Shown: positions 1-8,206 of the stretch, one piece after another
Layout of the letters: every line of letters starts with the position of its first letter
Numbering within the stretch: position 1 is the stretch's first letter
Assembly: GCA_035467535.1 (NCBI GenBank)
Contig: DATITS010000059.1
Location: 514 to 64,513 of the forward strand
From: Desulfobacterales bacterium
Lineage (GTDB): Bacteria; Desulfobacterota; Desulfobacteria; Desulfobacterales; SpSt-501
Reading direction: 5' to 3'
DNA: 64,000 nt
Notes under the pieces: generated by a model
Seen by the model: only the letters and a program-made list of their open reading frames with translations
What the model was told of the DNA's origin: nothing
The model's database searches: none
Position numbers and translations under genes: made by a program

Positions 1-461
1 TCGTAGTAGATAAACTCGTCGCAGTTGGCGATCAGCAGATCGGAACTGGAGCTTTTGACACCCACGCCGATCACGATCTTGTTGTTCTCGCGCAGTTTGC
101 TGACCAGGGGGGAGAAGTCGGAATCGCCGCTGACGATCACGAACGTGTCCACGTGGGACTTGGTGTAGCAGAGGTCGAGAGCATCGACGACCATGCGGAT
201 GTCGGCGGAGTTCTTCCCCGACTGACGCACGTGCGGGATTTCGATCAGTTCGAAGGCGGCCTCGTGCATGGGCCCCTTGAAATCCTTGTAACGCTCCCAG
301 TCGCAATAAGCCTTCTTCACCACGATGCTGCCCTTGAGCAGCAGCCGCTCGAGCACTTTGCGGATATCGAACTGGGCGTGGCGCTCGTCCCGCACCCCGA
401 TCGCGATGTTTTCAAAATCACAGAATACGGCCAGGTTTTCGGTTTCCGGCTCCTTGGTCAT
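1..461 (-). CDS. NYN (LabA/DUF88-like) domain protein, N-terminal part only; the 3' end lies beyond the window start
   Basis: My reverse-strand translation from the ATG at 459-461 gives MTKEPETENLAVFCDFENIAIGV...HVDTFVIVSGDSDFSPLVSKLRENNKIVIGVGVK. This is the acidic-residue pattern typical of NYN/LabA domains. It is absent from the ORF track because the window edge cuts it. Confidence 0.75.
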   Translation of the reverse strand, partial: MTKEPETENLAVFCDFENIAIGVRDERHAQFDIRKVLERLLLKGSIVVKKAYCDWERYKDFKGPMHEAAFELIEIPHVRQSGKNSADIRMVVDALDLCYTKSHVDTFVIVSGDSDFSPLVSKLRENNKIVIGVGVKSSSSDLLIANCDEFIYY

Positions 462-512
462 CCTAATTCTCCCCGGGCGTCAGCCGCCTGCCTTGGCGCG
501 GCCTTTCGTGAA

Positions 513-562
513 AGGGCTGTTGAAAAACGACGTATCAAACCGTGATCCGGCGTTGTGCGGCT
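513..562. repeat. Half copy of the intergenic GGGTGTTGAAAAA-box repeat family
   Basis: AGGGCTGTTGAAAAAC..CGTGATCCGGCGTTGTGCGGCT has the same box and core as copies at 17662, 20469, 48070 and 50793. Confidence 0.5.
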
Positions 563-735
563 TTGAAGATGAGTTTCCCCGAAAACGAGGGCGCGGTCAA
601 GGGCAATTTCCCGGCCGGCGCGTTCATGCCCGTTCGGGGTGTGGTGTGCACTACATGGGTGTGGGATTCGGTTATCTTTTTCTCCGGTTTATGGTACGAA
701 TGGCCACATGAGTTTAAAAAGGGAGACATGAACGT

Positions 736-930
736 ATGAACGGCACTGCCCGCGAAAATATCAAACCAGGACAGCCTGTCTTGATCGTGTTGAAGCAAGA
801 CCAGCGCTCCGGAAAACTCACCCGGGGGGTCGTGAAAGACATTCTGACGAAATCCCCGACGCACCCCCACGGGATTAAAGTACGCCTGGAAAGCGGCGAG
901 ATCGGGCGCGTCAAGGAAATAGTGGCATAG
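736..930 (+). CDS. YwbE/DUF2196 family small protein
   Basis: The 64-aa ORF contains GKLTRGVVKDILTKSPTHPHGIKVRLESGEIGRVKEI, which matches the conserved YwbE core as I remember it. Confidence 0.8.
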   Translation: MNGTARENIKPGQPVLIVLKQDQRSGKLTRGVVKDILTKSPTHPHGIKVRLESGEIGRVKEIVA

Positions 931-1097
931 CGCTGGGAAAAGCGGGAGCCGAAGCCCGCTTGCGGCAGATGGGCTGCCCGAAGATCAACATCCAGATCCG
1001 CACCGGCAACACCACGGTCATCGAGTTCTACCGAAGAATCGGATTCAAACCCGATGATGTCGTGAGCATGGGAAAAAGGCTTGAAGCGGATGCATGA
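930..1097 (+). pseudogene. C-terminal remnant of a GNAT N-acetyltransferase (no start codon, about 55 codons)
   Basis: Frame 3 reads ALGKAGAEARLRQMGCPKINIQIRTGNTTVIEFYRRIGFKPDDVVSMGKRLEADA-stop (TGA 1095-1097). This is a typical GNAT C-terminus. The open frame begins inside the YwbE stop codon and has no N-terminal domain. Confidence 0.5.
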
Positions 1098-1151
1098 CCC
1101 GCCGTCCCCATGGGTCGTGCGTGCAGTGACAGCTATTGAAAGAGGGACAAC

Positions 1152-1463
1152 ATGACGGCCGCAAGGAAAAAAACTGCCGACGATTCCCTGACCGTCGGGC
1201 TGGCGCAGATCGCACCGGTCTGGCTGAACCGCGAGAAGGCCTTGGCCAAGGCGAATGGGGGCTCCTGCCTGGCGGGGCCCGACGGAGCCTGGGTGATCCC
1301 GCCGGTCGTCGACCAGGAAGCATTGGTGGTCGCAACCCTCGAACACCGACGGGTGCGGGAGGAGCGGCAGAACTTCGACCGGTCCGGCCATTACGCCCGG
1401 CCGGACGTCACCCAACTCACCGTCAATCGGGAGCGGCAGCGTGCTGTCATTTACAAGGAATAG
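1152..1463 (+). pseudogene. Nitrilase/CN-hydrolase family remnant with a large internal deletion
   Basis: The 103-aa ORF joins a family N-terminus (LTVGLAQIAPVWLNREKALAKA) directly to a family C-terminus (GGSCLAGPDGAWVIPPVVDQEALVVATLEHRRVREERQNFDRSGHYARPDVTQLTVNRERQ). About 200 aa, including the catalytic region, is missing relative to the roughly 300-aa family. Confidence 0.55.
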
Positions 1464-2158
1464 GAGCTGAACCCCAGCGAGCAGAGGACCATGGCCTCTG
1501 CGTGGATGGCCGTGGTGTTCAGGAACGGAATCCCGAACTCGTCTTGCGTTAAAATCAGGGGCAGCTCCGTGCAGCCCAGGATAAGCGCTTCGATGCCGTG
1601 GCGATCGACCATGCGTTTGGCCACGGCCAGGAGCTCCTGCCGGGTCGACTCCTTGATGATCCCAAGCTCGATTTCGGTGAAAAGCCTGCGGTGGATCAGC
1701 TTCTGGTCATCCGGCTCCGGCACGACCACGCTCATTCCCTTCGCAAGGAAAAGTTTCTGGAAAAAATCCGACTGCATGGTGAACGCCGTGCCCATGAGCC
1801 CCAGACGCTTTACGCCCAGCGCCTGCGCCCTGTCGCAGGTCGCTGCGACGATGCTCACCAGCGGCAGGGAGGAGCGGGACTTCACGGCATCGAAGACCAC
1901 GTGGGGGCTGTTGGAGCCGATGGCGGCAAATTCAGCCCCGGCCTTCCACAGCGCCTCGATCTTGTGGAGCAGCCATTCCGTCAACGCATCCCAGCGCTTT
2001 TCCTCCATCAGTTTCAGGAGCTCGCTCATGTTGGCGCTGTAGACCAGAATCTCCGGGTAGTCGGCCGACTTCCGCTCCTGGAAGGCGCGGATGATCAGCC
2101 GGTAGTAATCCAGTGTCGACTCGGGGCCAATGCCGCCGACCAGCCCGATTTTTTTCAT
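1451..2158 (-). CDS. Aspartate/glutamate racemase family protein (aspartate racemase-like)
   Basis: The 235-aa ORF starts MKKIGLVGGIGPESTLDYY and contains ILGCTELPLI. Both half-site motifs of the Asp/Glu racemase fold are present. Confidence 0.85.
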   Translation of the reverse strand: MKKIGLVGGIGPESTLDYYRLIIRAFQERKSADYPEILVYSANMSELLKLMEEKRWDALTEWLLHKIEALWKAGAEFAAIGSNSPHVVFDAVKSRSSLPLVSIVAATCDRAQALGVKRLGLMGTAFTMQSDFFQKLFLAKGMSVVVPEPDDQKLIHRRLFTEIELGIIKESTRQELLAVAKRMVDRHGIEALILGCTELPLILTQDEFGIPFLNTTAIHAEAMVLCSLGFSSYSL

Positions 2159-2196
2159 TTAAGACCTCCGAAGCGATTGCAAATCGTGTCTTCTAC

Positions 2197-3081
2197 TTAA
2201 CCGGCCGCCAGCCGAATGATGGCCCGCAGGCTGCGCTCGACATCCGCCTCGGTCGTCGCCCACGAGGAGACGCTGATGCGCATGGCGACATGTCCCTGCC
2301 ATTCGGTGCCGCCGCACCAGCAGGTGCCGTCCTCCTGGACCCTTCCGACCACGTGGCGGGTGCGCTCTGCGCTTCCAAAAGAAACCAGAACTTGGTTTAG
2401 TACCACCTCGTTGAGCACATCGTAACCGGCACTCTTGAGCCCTTCGGCGAAACGTCGGGCATACCGGCAGTTGCGCCCGATCAGATCGGCCAGACCGGAG
2501 CAGCCGAGGGACCGCAGGGCCGCCCAGACCTCCACCCCCCGCGCCCGGCGCGAGAGCTCCGGCGTGTAGTGGCTTGGCTCCCGCGTATCGCCGGCGATGA
2601 GGTAGGCCGCGCGAGAGGACATGGAGGCCTTGAGGTGCTGCGGGTCGGCTGTGAACACGATCCCGCTGTCGTAGGGCACGTTCAGCCATTTGTGGGCATC
2701 GGTCGCCCACGAGTGTGCGGATGGGATCCCTGCCGCCAGAGGAGCCAGATCCGGGCAGGCCGCCGCCCACAGCCCGAAGGCGCCGTCGACATGCACCCAG
2801 GAATCCGATGCCTGGGCAATGGCGCAGATCTCCCCGGTCGGGTCGAAGGCCCCGGTGTTCACGTTGCCGGCCTGAATACAGATGATCGCAGGCGCGGACA
2901 GGGTGGGAATGGCTTCCGGCCGCATCCGCCCCTGGCCGTCCACCGGGACGCGGACGACACGCTCCCGGCCGAGCCCCAAAAGGCTCAAGGCCTTCAGCAC
3001 GCTCACGTGCGCTTCCGCACCGACGATCACCGCAATCGGCGGCGCCCCGAACAGGCCGCGCGCTTCGACGTCCCACCCCAA
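2197..3081 (-). pseudogene. 5'-truncated PLP-dependent (group II) decarboxylase
   Basis: The ORF has the PLP-lysine region SWATDAHKWLNVPYDSG and the C-terminal domain. The lysine lies about 130 aa from the ORF start, versus about 300 aa in full-length members of roughly 450-480 aa. Family-like sequence continues about 18 codons upstream without a start (LFSALAAARHALLDRLGWDV) and then ends near 3135. Confidence 0.55.
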
Positions 3082-3163
3082 CCGGTCCAGCAGCGCGTGC
3101 CGCGCGGCAGCCAGCGCGCTGAAGAGGGAAGTATACAGGCTTTTTGCGGGGGCGCAGGAAGGG

Positions 3164-3202
3164 TTGGGGGGCGCATTGCGTCGAGCAGAATGCGCCCCCC
3201 AA
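3164..3202. terminator. 13-bp-stem GC-rich hairpin between the decarboxylase remnant and hyi
   Basis: The stems are TTGGGGGGCGCAT (3164-3176) and ATGCGCCCCCCAA (3190-3202). A T-run (CGTTTTCTTTCT) follows on the + strand only, yet the upstream gene that would need termination is on the - strand, so orientation and function are uncertain. Confidence 0.45.
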
Positions 3203-3238
3203 CGTTTTCTTTCTGTCTATTCCGGGAGGGCCCCCGGT

Positions 3239-4024
3239 CTATCGGCGGAAGGGCTGAATCCAGCCGAGACCGTCCTCGGTCTTCCCGGCGGGTTTGTACT
3301 CGCACCCGATCCACCCCTTGTAGCCGGCCGCGTCGATGGCCTTGAAGAGGTTGGGGTAGTTGATCTCGCCGGTTCCGGGCTCGTTCCTTCCGGGGTTGTC
3401 GGCGATCTGGATGTGGGCGATCGAGTCGAGGTTCGCCTGGATGGTCTTGGTCAGGTTCCCCTCCATGATCTGCATGTGATAGGCGTCGTACTGAAAATAG
3501 ACGTTGGGGCTGCCGACCTCTTTGATGAGGGCGAGCACGTCCGCCGTGTGCACCAGGTAAAATCCCGGGACGTCCTTGTCGTTCAAGGCTTCCAAAAGCA
3601 GGCGGATGCCTTCCTTTTCAAAAGCGGAGGCAGCGAACTTCAGGTTGGCGACCAGGGTCTTGCGCACCTTGTCAGCGGGAACGCCGGCAGGGGTGAGTCC
3701 GACCAGACAGTTGACCTGGGGGCACTTCAGGGCCTTGGCGTACTCGATGGCCTTGCCCACCCCCTCCTGGAACTCGGTTTCACGGCCCGGCAGGCAGGCA
3801 ATCCCCCGCTCGCCCTTGTTCCAGTCGCCGGCCGGCAGGTTGTGCAGCACCTGGGTCAGACCGAAGGCGCCGAGCTTTTCCACCAGCTGCTCTTTTTTCC
3901 AGGCATAGGGAAAGAGGTACTCGACGCCCTTGAATCCGGCCTTGGCCGCCTTCTCGAAACGATCCAGGAAGTCCACTTCATTGAACAGCATCGTCAGGTT
4001 CGCGCAAAACTTTGGCATCTTCAT
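3239..4024 (-). CDS. hyi: Hydroxypyruvate isomerase family (xylose-isomerase-like TIM barrel)
   Basis: The 261-aa ORF reads MPKFCANLTMLFNEVDFLDRFEKAAKAGFKGVEYLFPY...HIQIADNPGRNEPGTGEINY...GWIGCEYKP, the classic Hyi/OtnI-type signature. Confidence 0.85.
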   Translation of the reverse strand: MKMPKFCANLTMLFNEVDFLDRFEKAAKAGFKGVEYLFPYAWKKEQLVEKLGAFGLTQVLHNLPAGDWNKGERGIACLPGRETEFQEGVGKAIEYAKALKCPQVNCLVGLTPAGVPADKVRKTLVANLKFAASAFEKEGIRLLLEALNDKDVPGFYLVHTADVLALIKEVGSPNVYFQYDAYHMQIMEGNLTKTIQANLDSIAHIQIADNPGRNEPGTGEINYPNLFKAIDAAGYKGWIGCEYKPAGKTEDGLGWIQPFRR

Positions 4025-4053
4025 TGCTCCTTTTCATTACCCGATGTGACGGG

Positions 4054-4944
4054 TTATTTCAAAAGCCCCATATCGGTCAGAATTTTTTTAAGCTGCTGGC
4101 GCTCCGCGCTGCTCATCGGACCCACCGGCGCCATGCAGGCGCCGGCGTCGATGCCGAGCAGCTCCAGGCTCTCCTTGATCACCGCGGGAAAGGTCCCCAG
4201 GTTGAAGGCGATCCTCAGGGGTGCGAGCGTGTACTGGGCTTCGAGCGACCCCTTGATGTCGCCGGCCACATACTTGTCGTAGATGTCCGCCACGAGACGC
4301 GGCGCCACGTTGGCGCAGGCGGCGATGGACCCCTTGCCGCCGTAACACAGGCCGGCATGGATGAGGGTATCACGACCCAGCAGGACATGGAAGTCTCTGC
4401 CCCGGGTCAGGCGGATGTACTCGCCCGTGAGGGTGAAGTCGCCGGAGGAGTCCTTGATGCCGACGATGTTGGGCACGTCGGCAAGCTTCGCCACCGCGGC
4501 CGCGGCCAGGTTCACGCCGGTCTTGGGCGGGTTGTTGTAGAGCAGCACCGGCAGCCCGGTCGAGGCGGCGATGGCCGTGTAGTGTTCGATCAGCTCCTTC
4601 TGGCTCGGGCTGATGAACATGGGGGTCAGCACCGAGACCGCGTCCACCCTGGCCTGCTCGGCGTAGCGGGTCAGCTGGATGGCCTCGCGGGTGGTGATCG
4701 CGCCGGTTCCGGCATACACCGGCACCCGGCCACGGGCCTGATCGACGGTGATTTCGAAGAGCTCCTTTTTCTCCTCGGGCGAAAGCCCGTAGAACTCGCC
4801 GGTGGTACCGACCACGAAAAGCCCGTGGGAGCCGCCCTCGATGAGGTAGTCCGCAAACCTGCGCAGGGCCTTCTCGTTTACTTTCCCGTCCTTGGTGAGG
4901 GGCGTCACCATCGCCGGGATGATGCCCTTGGGGATGAAAGCCAT
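4054..4944 (-). CDS. DapA/dihydrodipicolinate-synthase family aldolase or dehydratase
   Basis: Motifs GTTGEF, LYNNPPKTG and the Schiff-base lysine context IVGIKDSSG are present. I chose the start MAFIPKG (ATG 4942-4944) because it follows AAGGGAGG and abuts the upstream stop; the track's longer start at 5049 is rejected. Confidence 0.85.
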   Translation of the reverse strand: MAFIPKGIIPAMVTPLTKDGKVNEKALRRFADYLIEGGSHGLFVVGTTGEFYGLSPEEKKELFEITVDQARGRVPVYAGTGAITTREAIQLTRYAEQARVDAVSVLTPMFISPSQKELIEHYTAIAASTGLPVLLYNNPPKTGVNLAAAAVAKLADVPNIVGIKDSSGDFTLTGEYIRLTRGRDFHVLLGRDTLIHAGLCYGGKGSIAACANVAPRLVADIYDKYVAGDIKGSLEAQYTLAPLRIAFNLGTFPAVIKESLELLGIDAGACMAPVGPMSSAERQQLKKILTDMGLLK

Positions 4945-4946
4945 CT

Positions 4947-5912
4947 CTACCTCCCTTGCTTCGGCGCATTCACCGGCCAGGTCGGGCGCTTGCCGGACAG
5001 CACCTCGTCGATTCCCTGGGCCGCGTGCAGCGCCATGCGGATCATGCACTCCCGTGTCATGGAGGCATTGTGAGGCGTCAAGAGCACGTTGCGCATGCCC
5101 ATCAGCGGGTTGTCCTTCGGAGGGGGTTCCTTTTCGTAGACATCGATGGCGGCCCCGGCAATCGTCCCGTTGCGCAGGGCCTCGATCAGGGCCGCCTCGT
5201 CCACCACGTCGCCCCGCGAGGCATTGATGAAAAAGGCCGTCTTCTTCATGAGGGCGAAGAGCTTCTCGCCGACGACGCCCTTGTTGGAGGCGCCGCCCGG
5301 GATGTGCAGGGTCAGGAAATCAGCGGCGCTGAAAACCGCCTCCAGCGATGCGACGGGGGCGGCGAATTCGGCCATCTGTTCGGGCTTCAGAAACGGATCG
5401 TAGCCGACGACCTTCATGTCGAAACCGCGCGCGGCCTTCAGCGCCACCCGGCGGCCGATCTTGCCCAACCCGACGACGCCGAGCACTTTCCCGGCCAGGT
5501 CCGAGCCGAACAGCTTGTCGCGGATGGGGAAATTGCCGGCCCGGGTCTCCCGGTCCAGCTGGATGAAGTTGCGCGCCAGGGTGAGGATGCAGCCGATGGC
5601 GTGCTCGGCGACCGTGTCGGCGTTGGATTCCGGCGCAAAGGTCACCCATATGCCCAGCTCGGTCGCCTTGGCCACATCGATGTTGTCGTAGCCCACCCCG
5701 TGGCGCGAAATGACCTTGAGTTTCTTGCCGGCCTCGAACACCTTGGCCGGGAAGAGCGCCGTGCGGCCCAGGATGGCGTCGCAGTCGACCACGTCGGCCG
5801 CAATGGCCTCCGCCGTGATGCCGCTGCCCATCTTGATCTCGTACCCCCGCTCGCGCAGGTAGTCCTTGCCCGGCTGGGCCACGTCCTGCGGGATCAACAC
5901 TTTATAAGCCAT
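4947..5912 (-). CDS. D-isomer-specific 2-hydroxyacid dehydrogenase (hydroxypyruvate/glyoxylate reductase or PGDH-like)
   Basis: The NAD fold GVVGLGKIGRRVA is present, along with INASRGDVVDE and TPHNAS. The start MAYKVLIP (ATG 5910-5912) follows GAAGGAGG. Confidence 0.85.
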   Translation of the reverse strand: MAYKVLIPQDVAQPGKDYLRERGYEIKMGSGITAEAIAADVVDCDAILGRTALFPAKVFEAGKKLKVISRHGVGYDNIDVAKATELGIWVTFAPESNADTVAEHAIGCILTLARNFIQLDRETRAGNFPIRDKLFGSDLAGKVLGVVGLGKIGRRVALKAARGFDMKVVGYDPFLKPEQMAEFAAPVASLEAVFSAADFLTLHIPGGASNKGVVGEKLFALMKKTAFFINASRGDVVDEAALIEALRNGTIAGAAIDVYEKEPPPKDNPLMGMRNVLLTPHNASMTRECMIRMALHAAQGIDEVLSGKRPTWPVNAPKQGR

Positions 5913-6006
5913 TTTAGAACCTCCTTCTGACGCTGTTACGGATTGGCGGATCTTGCTGAACCGCGAATGCGAGCGAACCCTGAAAAAGAGCGCATTCCTC
6001 ACGGTC

Positions 6007-6040
6007 GAAGATTGCCTTCAGCTTGCTGCAGGGAATCTTC
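6007..6040. repeat. 34-bp palindrome directly after the aldolase stop; sister copy at 43778-43811
   Basis: GAAGATTGCCTTCAGC-TT-GCTGCAGGGAATCTTC. The right arm matches the right arm of the copy at 43796-43811 in 15 of 16 positions. Confidence 0.6.
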
Positions 6041-6042
6041 AA

Positions 6043-6804
6043 TCAGGCCTTGTACTTTTGGCAGATCGCCTTCAGGCCGGCCGCCAGGATGTTGGTGTCC
6101 AGATTGCTCATGACCAGCGTGAGCCCCTTGGACAGCCAGCGCTCGGTGAGAGGGTCCGGGGAGTGCATGCCGAACATTTTGCCGTGTTTTTTCGCGGCGG
6201 CCGCCACCTTGCCGATGGCCTTGTCCAGGGTGTCGCCCAAGAGGTCGCCGGCGCAGCCCATCGAAATGGCGAGATCGTTGGGCCCGATGAGCAGGGCGTC
6301 GATGCCCGGCACGGCGGCGATCGCATCGATGTTCTCGATGGCCTGGGCGGTTTCAATCTGGGCAATGGCAAGCGTGTCCACATTGGCCTTGGCCATGAAG
6401 GCCGGGGTGGCATCGGGGCTGACCCCGGCGAAGTTGCTGTGACCGCCGGCGCCGCCGAAGCCGCGTCCGCCGAGCGGCGCGTACTTGGACCAGCGCACCA
6501 GCAACTGGGCCTGCTCCACCGATTCGAGCATGGGCACCATGACGCCGGTGGCGCCGCAGTCGAGCGCGCGCGAGACGTAGCCCTTGGCGAGCTCCGGCAC
6601 ACGGACAAAGCAGCCCAAACCGAGCGCCCGGCCCACTTTGAAGACGTCGTCCACCGTTTCCATGGTGTAGGGTCCGTGCTCCAGGTCGAGCATGATGAAA
6701 TCGAGGCCGGCATTGTGCGCCACCACGGCCACGGCGGGATTCTGGATCATGCGCACCATGGTGCCGACAACCCGCTTGCCTTCACGAAGTTTTTGAACAG
6801 CCAT
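6043..6804 (-). CDS. HpcH/HpaI family 2-keto-3-deoxy-acid aldolase (GarL/YfaU-like)
   Basis: MAVQKLREGKRVVGTMV...FIMLDLEHGP...CFVRVP...GVMVPMLES...AIAQIET...IGPNDLA shows the class II aldolase pattern. The start at 6802-6804 follows AAAGGAGAA. Confidence 0.85.
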   Translation of the reverse strand: MAVQKLREGKRVVGTMVRMIQNPAVAVVAHNAGLDFIMLDLEHGPYTMETVDDVFKVGRALGLGCFVRVPELAKGYVSRALDCGATGVMVPMLESVEQAQLLVRWSKYAPLGGRGFGGAGGHSNFAGVSPDATPAFMAKANVDTLAIAQIETAQAIENIDAIAAVPGIDALLIGPNDLAISMGCAGDLLGDTLDKAIGKVAAAAKKHGKMFGMHSPDPLTERWLSKGLTLVMSNLDTNILAAGLKAICQKYKA

Positions 6805-6857
6805 GATATGTTCTCCTTTTTTGCTCAATCTGCTTGAAATGAAATTCTGATATCGAA

Positions 6858-6881
6858 TGCCCCGCAGCTTGCCTCGGGGCA
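6858..6881 (-). terminator. Hairpin immediately downstream of the GntR gene
   Basis: The stems are TGCCCCG (6858-6864) and CGGGGCA (6875-6881) with a 10-nt loop. The hairpin lies 18 nt after the GntR stop on the - strand, and AT-rich sequence follows it. Confidence 0.45.
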
Positions 6882-6898
6882 CGTTTCATTGGGTCTTC

Positions 6899-7558
6899 CT
6901 ACTTATTATTCGAAGATGTTGCGAGCATGCCGGGGTAAAACTGCTCCACGACATGCCGGCAGGTTTCCCGCAAGTGCTCGCGCATCAACTGTTCGCCCTT
7001 TTCTTCGTCCCCCTGAAGCATGGCGTTGATGATGTTGAGATGGGCGTCGGCCGATGCCTTTTCGATGGCCGGCGACCGCTTGGTGATGTTGGCCGTGAGG
7101 AGGGTCAGATTTTCGAGCCTCTCGTTGATATCGGCCATGATGCTGTTGTGCGCGGCATCCATAATGGCCCTGTGAAGCTCGCGGCCGAGCGCGATACCCA
7201 TCATTGGATCGGATTCGATATTGGCCTTGGCGATTTTTTTCTTGATCTCGCGCAGCTTCAAGTGGAACGTCTCGCCGCCCCTGCGGCAGGCCAGCCGAGC
7301 GGCCATGCCTTCGATAGCCTCCCGCGCCTGAAAGATTTCGAAGATCTGTTCAAGGCCGAGTCGGCGCACGACGAAACCGCGGTTGGCTTCCTGTTCCAGG
7401 AAACCGTCGGCCGTGAGCTTCCAGAGAATCTCCCGGATGGGGGTACGGCTCATGCGGTAGGCTTCGCAAAGCTCGCGCTCGATCAACCAATGCCCGGGCG
7501 CGAGCTTCTCCTCGACGATCTGGCGCCGGATATCTCCATAAACCGTATTCTTGTCCAT
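6899..7558 (-). CDS. GntR family transcriptional regulator, FadR/FCD subfamily
   Basis: The winged-HTH region LIERELCEAYRMSRTPIREILWKLTADGFLE is followed by an all-helical FCD domain. The start is either MDKNTVYG (7558) or 7579. Confidence 0.85.
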   Translation of the reverse strand: MDKNTVYGDIRRQIVEEKLAPGHWLIERELCEAYRMSRTPIREILWKLTADGFLEQEANRGFVVRRLGLEQIFEIFQAREAIEGMAARLACRRGGETFHLKLREIKKKIAKANIESDPMMGIALGRELHRAIMDAAHNSIMADINERLENLTLLTANITKRSPAIEKASADAHLNIINAMLQGDEEKGEQLMREHLRETCRHVVEQFYPGMLATSSNNK

Positions 7559-7559
7559 A

Positions 7560-7741
7560 ATGACATTTTTGTATACCAATAGAATTTTTACTTGTCAATT
7601 TATTCTTGACATTAAAATACAATTGACATTATAAAAATTAAATCGTGTCCAGGACAAGGAGAGGCAAAAATATATCGGCGCAAAATGTAATACCCGTGCG
7701 GATATCGGACTAAGGGGCACGCTGCGGAGGTAAGGCGGAAG
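7560..7741. promoter_or_regulatory. AT-rich divergent promoter/operator region between the GntR gene and tctB
   Basis: A GntR-type half-palindrome TTGTATACCAA lies at 7569-7579. An inverted pair TTGTCAAT (7592-7599) / ATTGACA (7622-7628) is present. A TTGACA -35-like hexamer lies at 7606-7611, followed by TATAAA-like sequence. Confidence 0.5.
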
Positions 7742-8194
7742 ATGGCGAAGTGGAATAAAATTGCCGGTTGCGCCCTTTTTGGCATTGGGGCTGCGACAGC
7801 CTGGAGCGCTGCCACGACTCTATCCATGGGAAGCTTTCGCCATCCCGGGGCGGGGTTTCTGCCATTCGGCTTGGCTTGTATCCTGAGCCTGCTCAGCCTG
7901 CCGCTTGTGTTTGAAGCGAGGAAGGAAACAGGCCGGGCCTCGGCCTTTTGGCCGGAACGCACCTGGGTAAGGCCTTTGCAGGGATCCCTGGCCCTTTTCG
8001 CTTACGCCTTTGTCCTGGGCTTGCTTGGATTTATGCTTACCACGTTCCTCTTTATGATAGGATGGACGCGGTTTATGGAAAAGCTTTCCTGGCGGAAGGT
8101 TCTTTTCGTGTCCGCGGGCGTGACTGCGGGGCTGTATCTGGTGTTCGTGTGGTTTCTCGGTGTCCCCGTCCCGATCGGTTTCTGGAAGCGGTAG
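7742..8194 (+). CDS. tctB: Tripartite tricarboxylate transporter small membrane subunit TctB
   Basis: This is a 150-aa protein with 4 predicted TM segments, placed directly before tctA. A GGAGGTAAGG RBS precedes it. Confidence 0.8.
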   Translation: MAKWNKIAGCALFGIGAATAWSAATTLSMGSFRHPGAGFLPFGLACILSLLSLPLVFEARKETGRASAFWPERTWVRPLQGSLALFAYAFVLGLLGFMLTTFLFMIGWTRFMEKLSWRKVLFVSAGVTAGLYLVFVWFLGVPVPIGFWKR

Positions 8195-8206
8195 GAAGGA
8201 GTATTC

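Noticed and set aside
1-461. The NYN-domain gene (and the yajD-like HNH gene at 32334..32690) as parts of a defence or toxin system
   Set aside because: Neither has neighbouring partner genes typical of defence islands; no ATPase, methylase, antitoxin or similar is adjacent. Both families are common housekeeping-type singletons, and the NYN gene is truncated by the window edge.
2159-4282. Long track ORFs 2159..3202 (-, 347 aa) and 2882..4282 (+, 466 aa)
   Set aside because: The products are Arg/Gly/Pro/Ala-rich and low in complexity. They lie out of frame or antisense to genes with clear family signatures (the decarboxylase remnant, hyi, the dapA-like gene). These are typical high-GC shadow ORFs.
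4054-6882. Longer N-terminal extensions offered by the track (5049, 6002, 6882; likewise 17655, 21915, 24439, 32174, 40261, 49490, 55182, 55824, 59142, 61680)
   Set aside because: The extensions are Arg-rich or overlap the upstream gene. In each case an internal ATG/GTG with a good Shine-Dalgarno sequence gives an N-terminus typical of the family.
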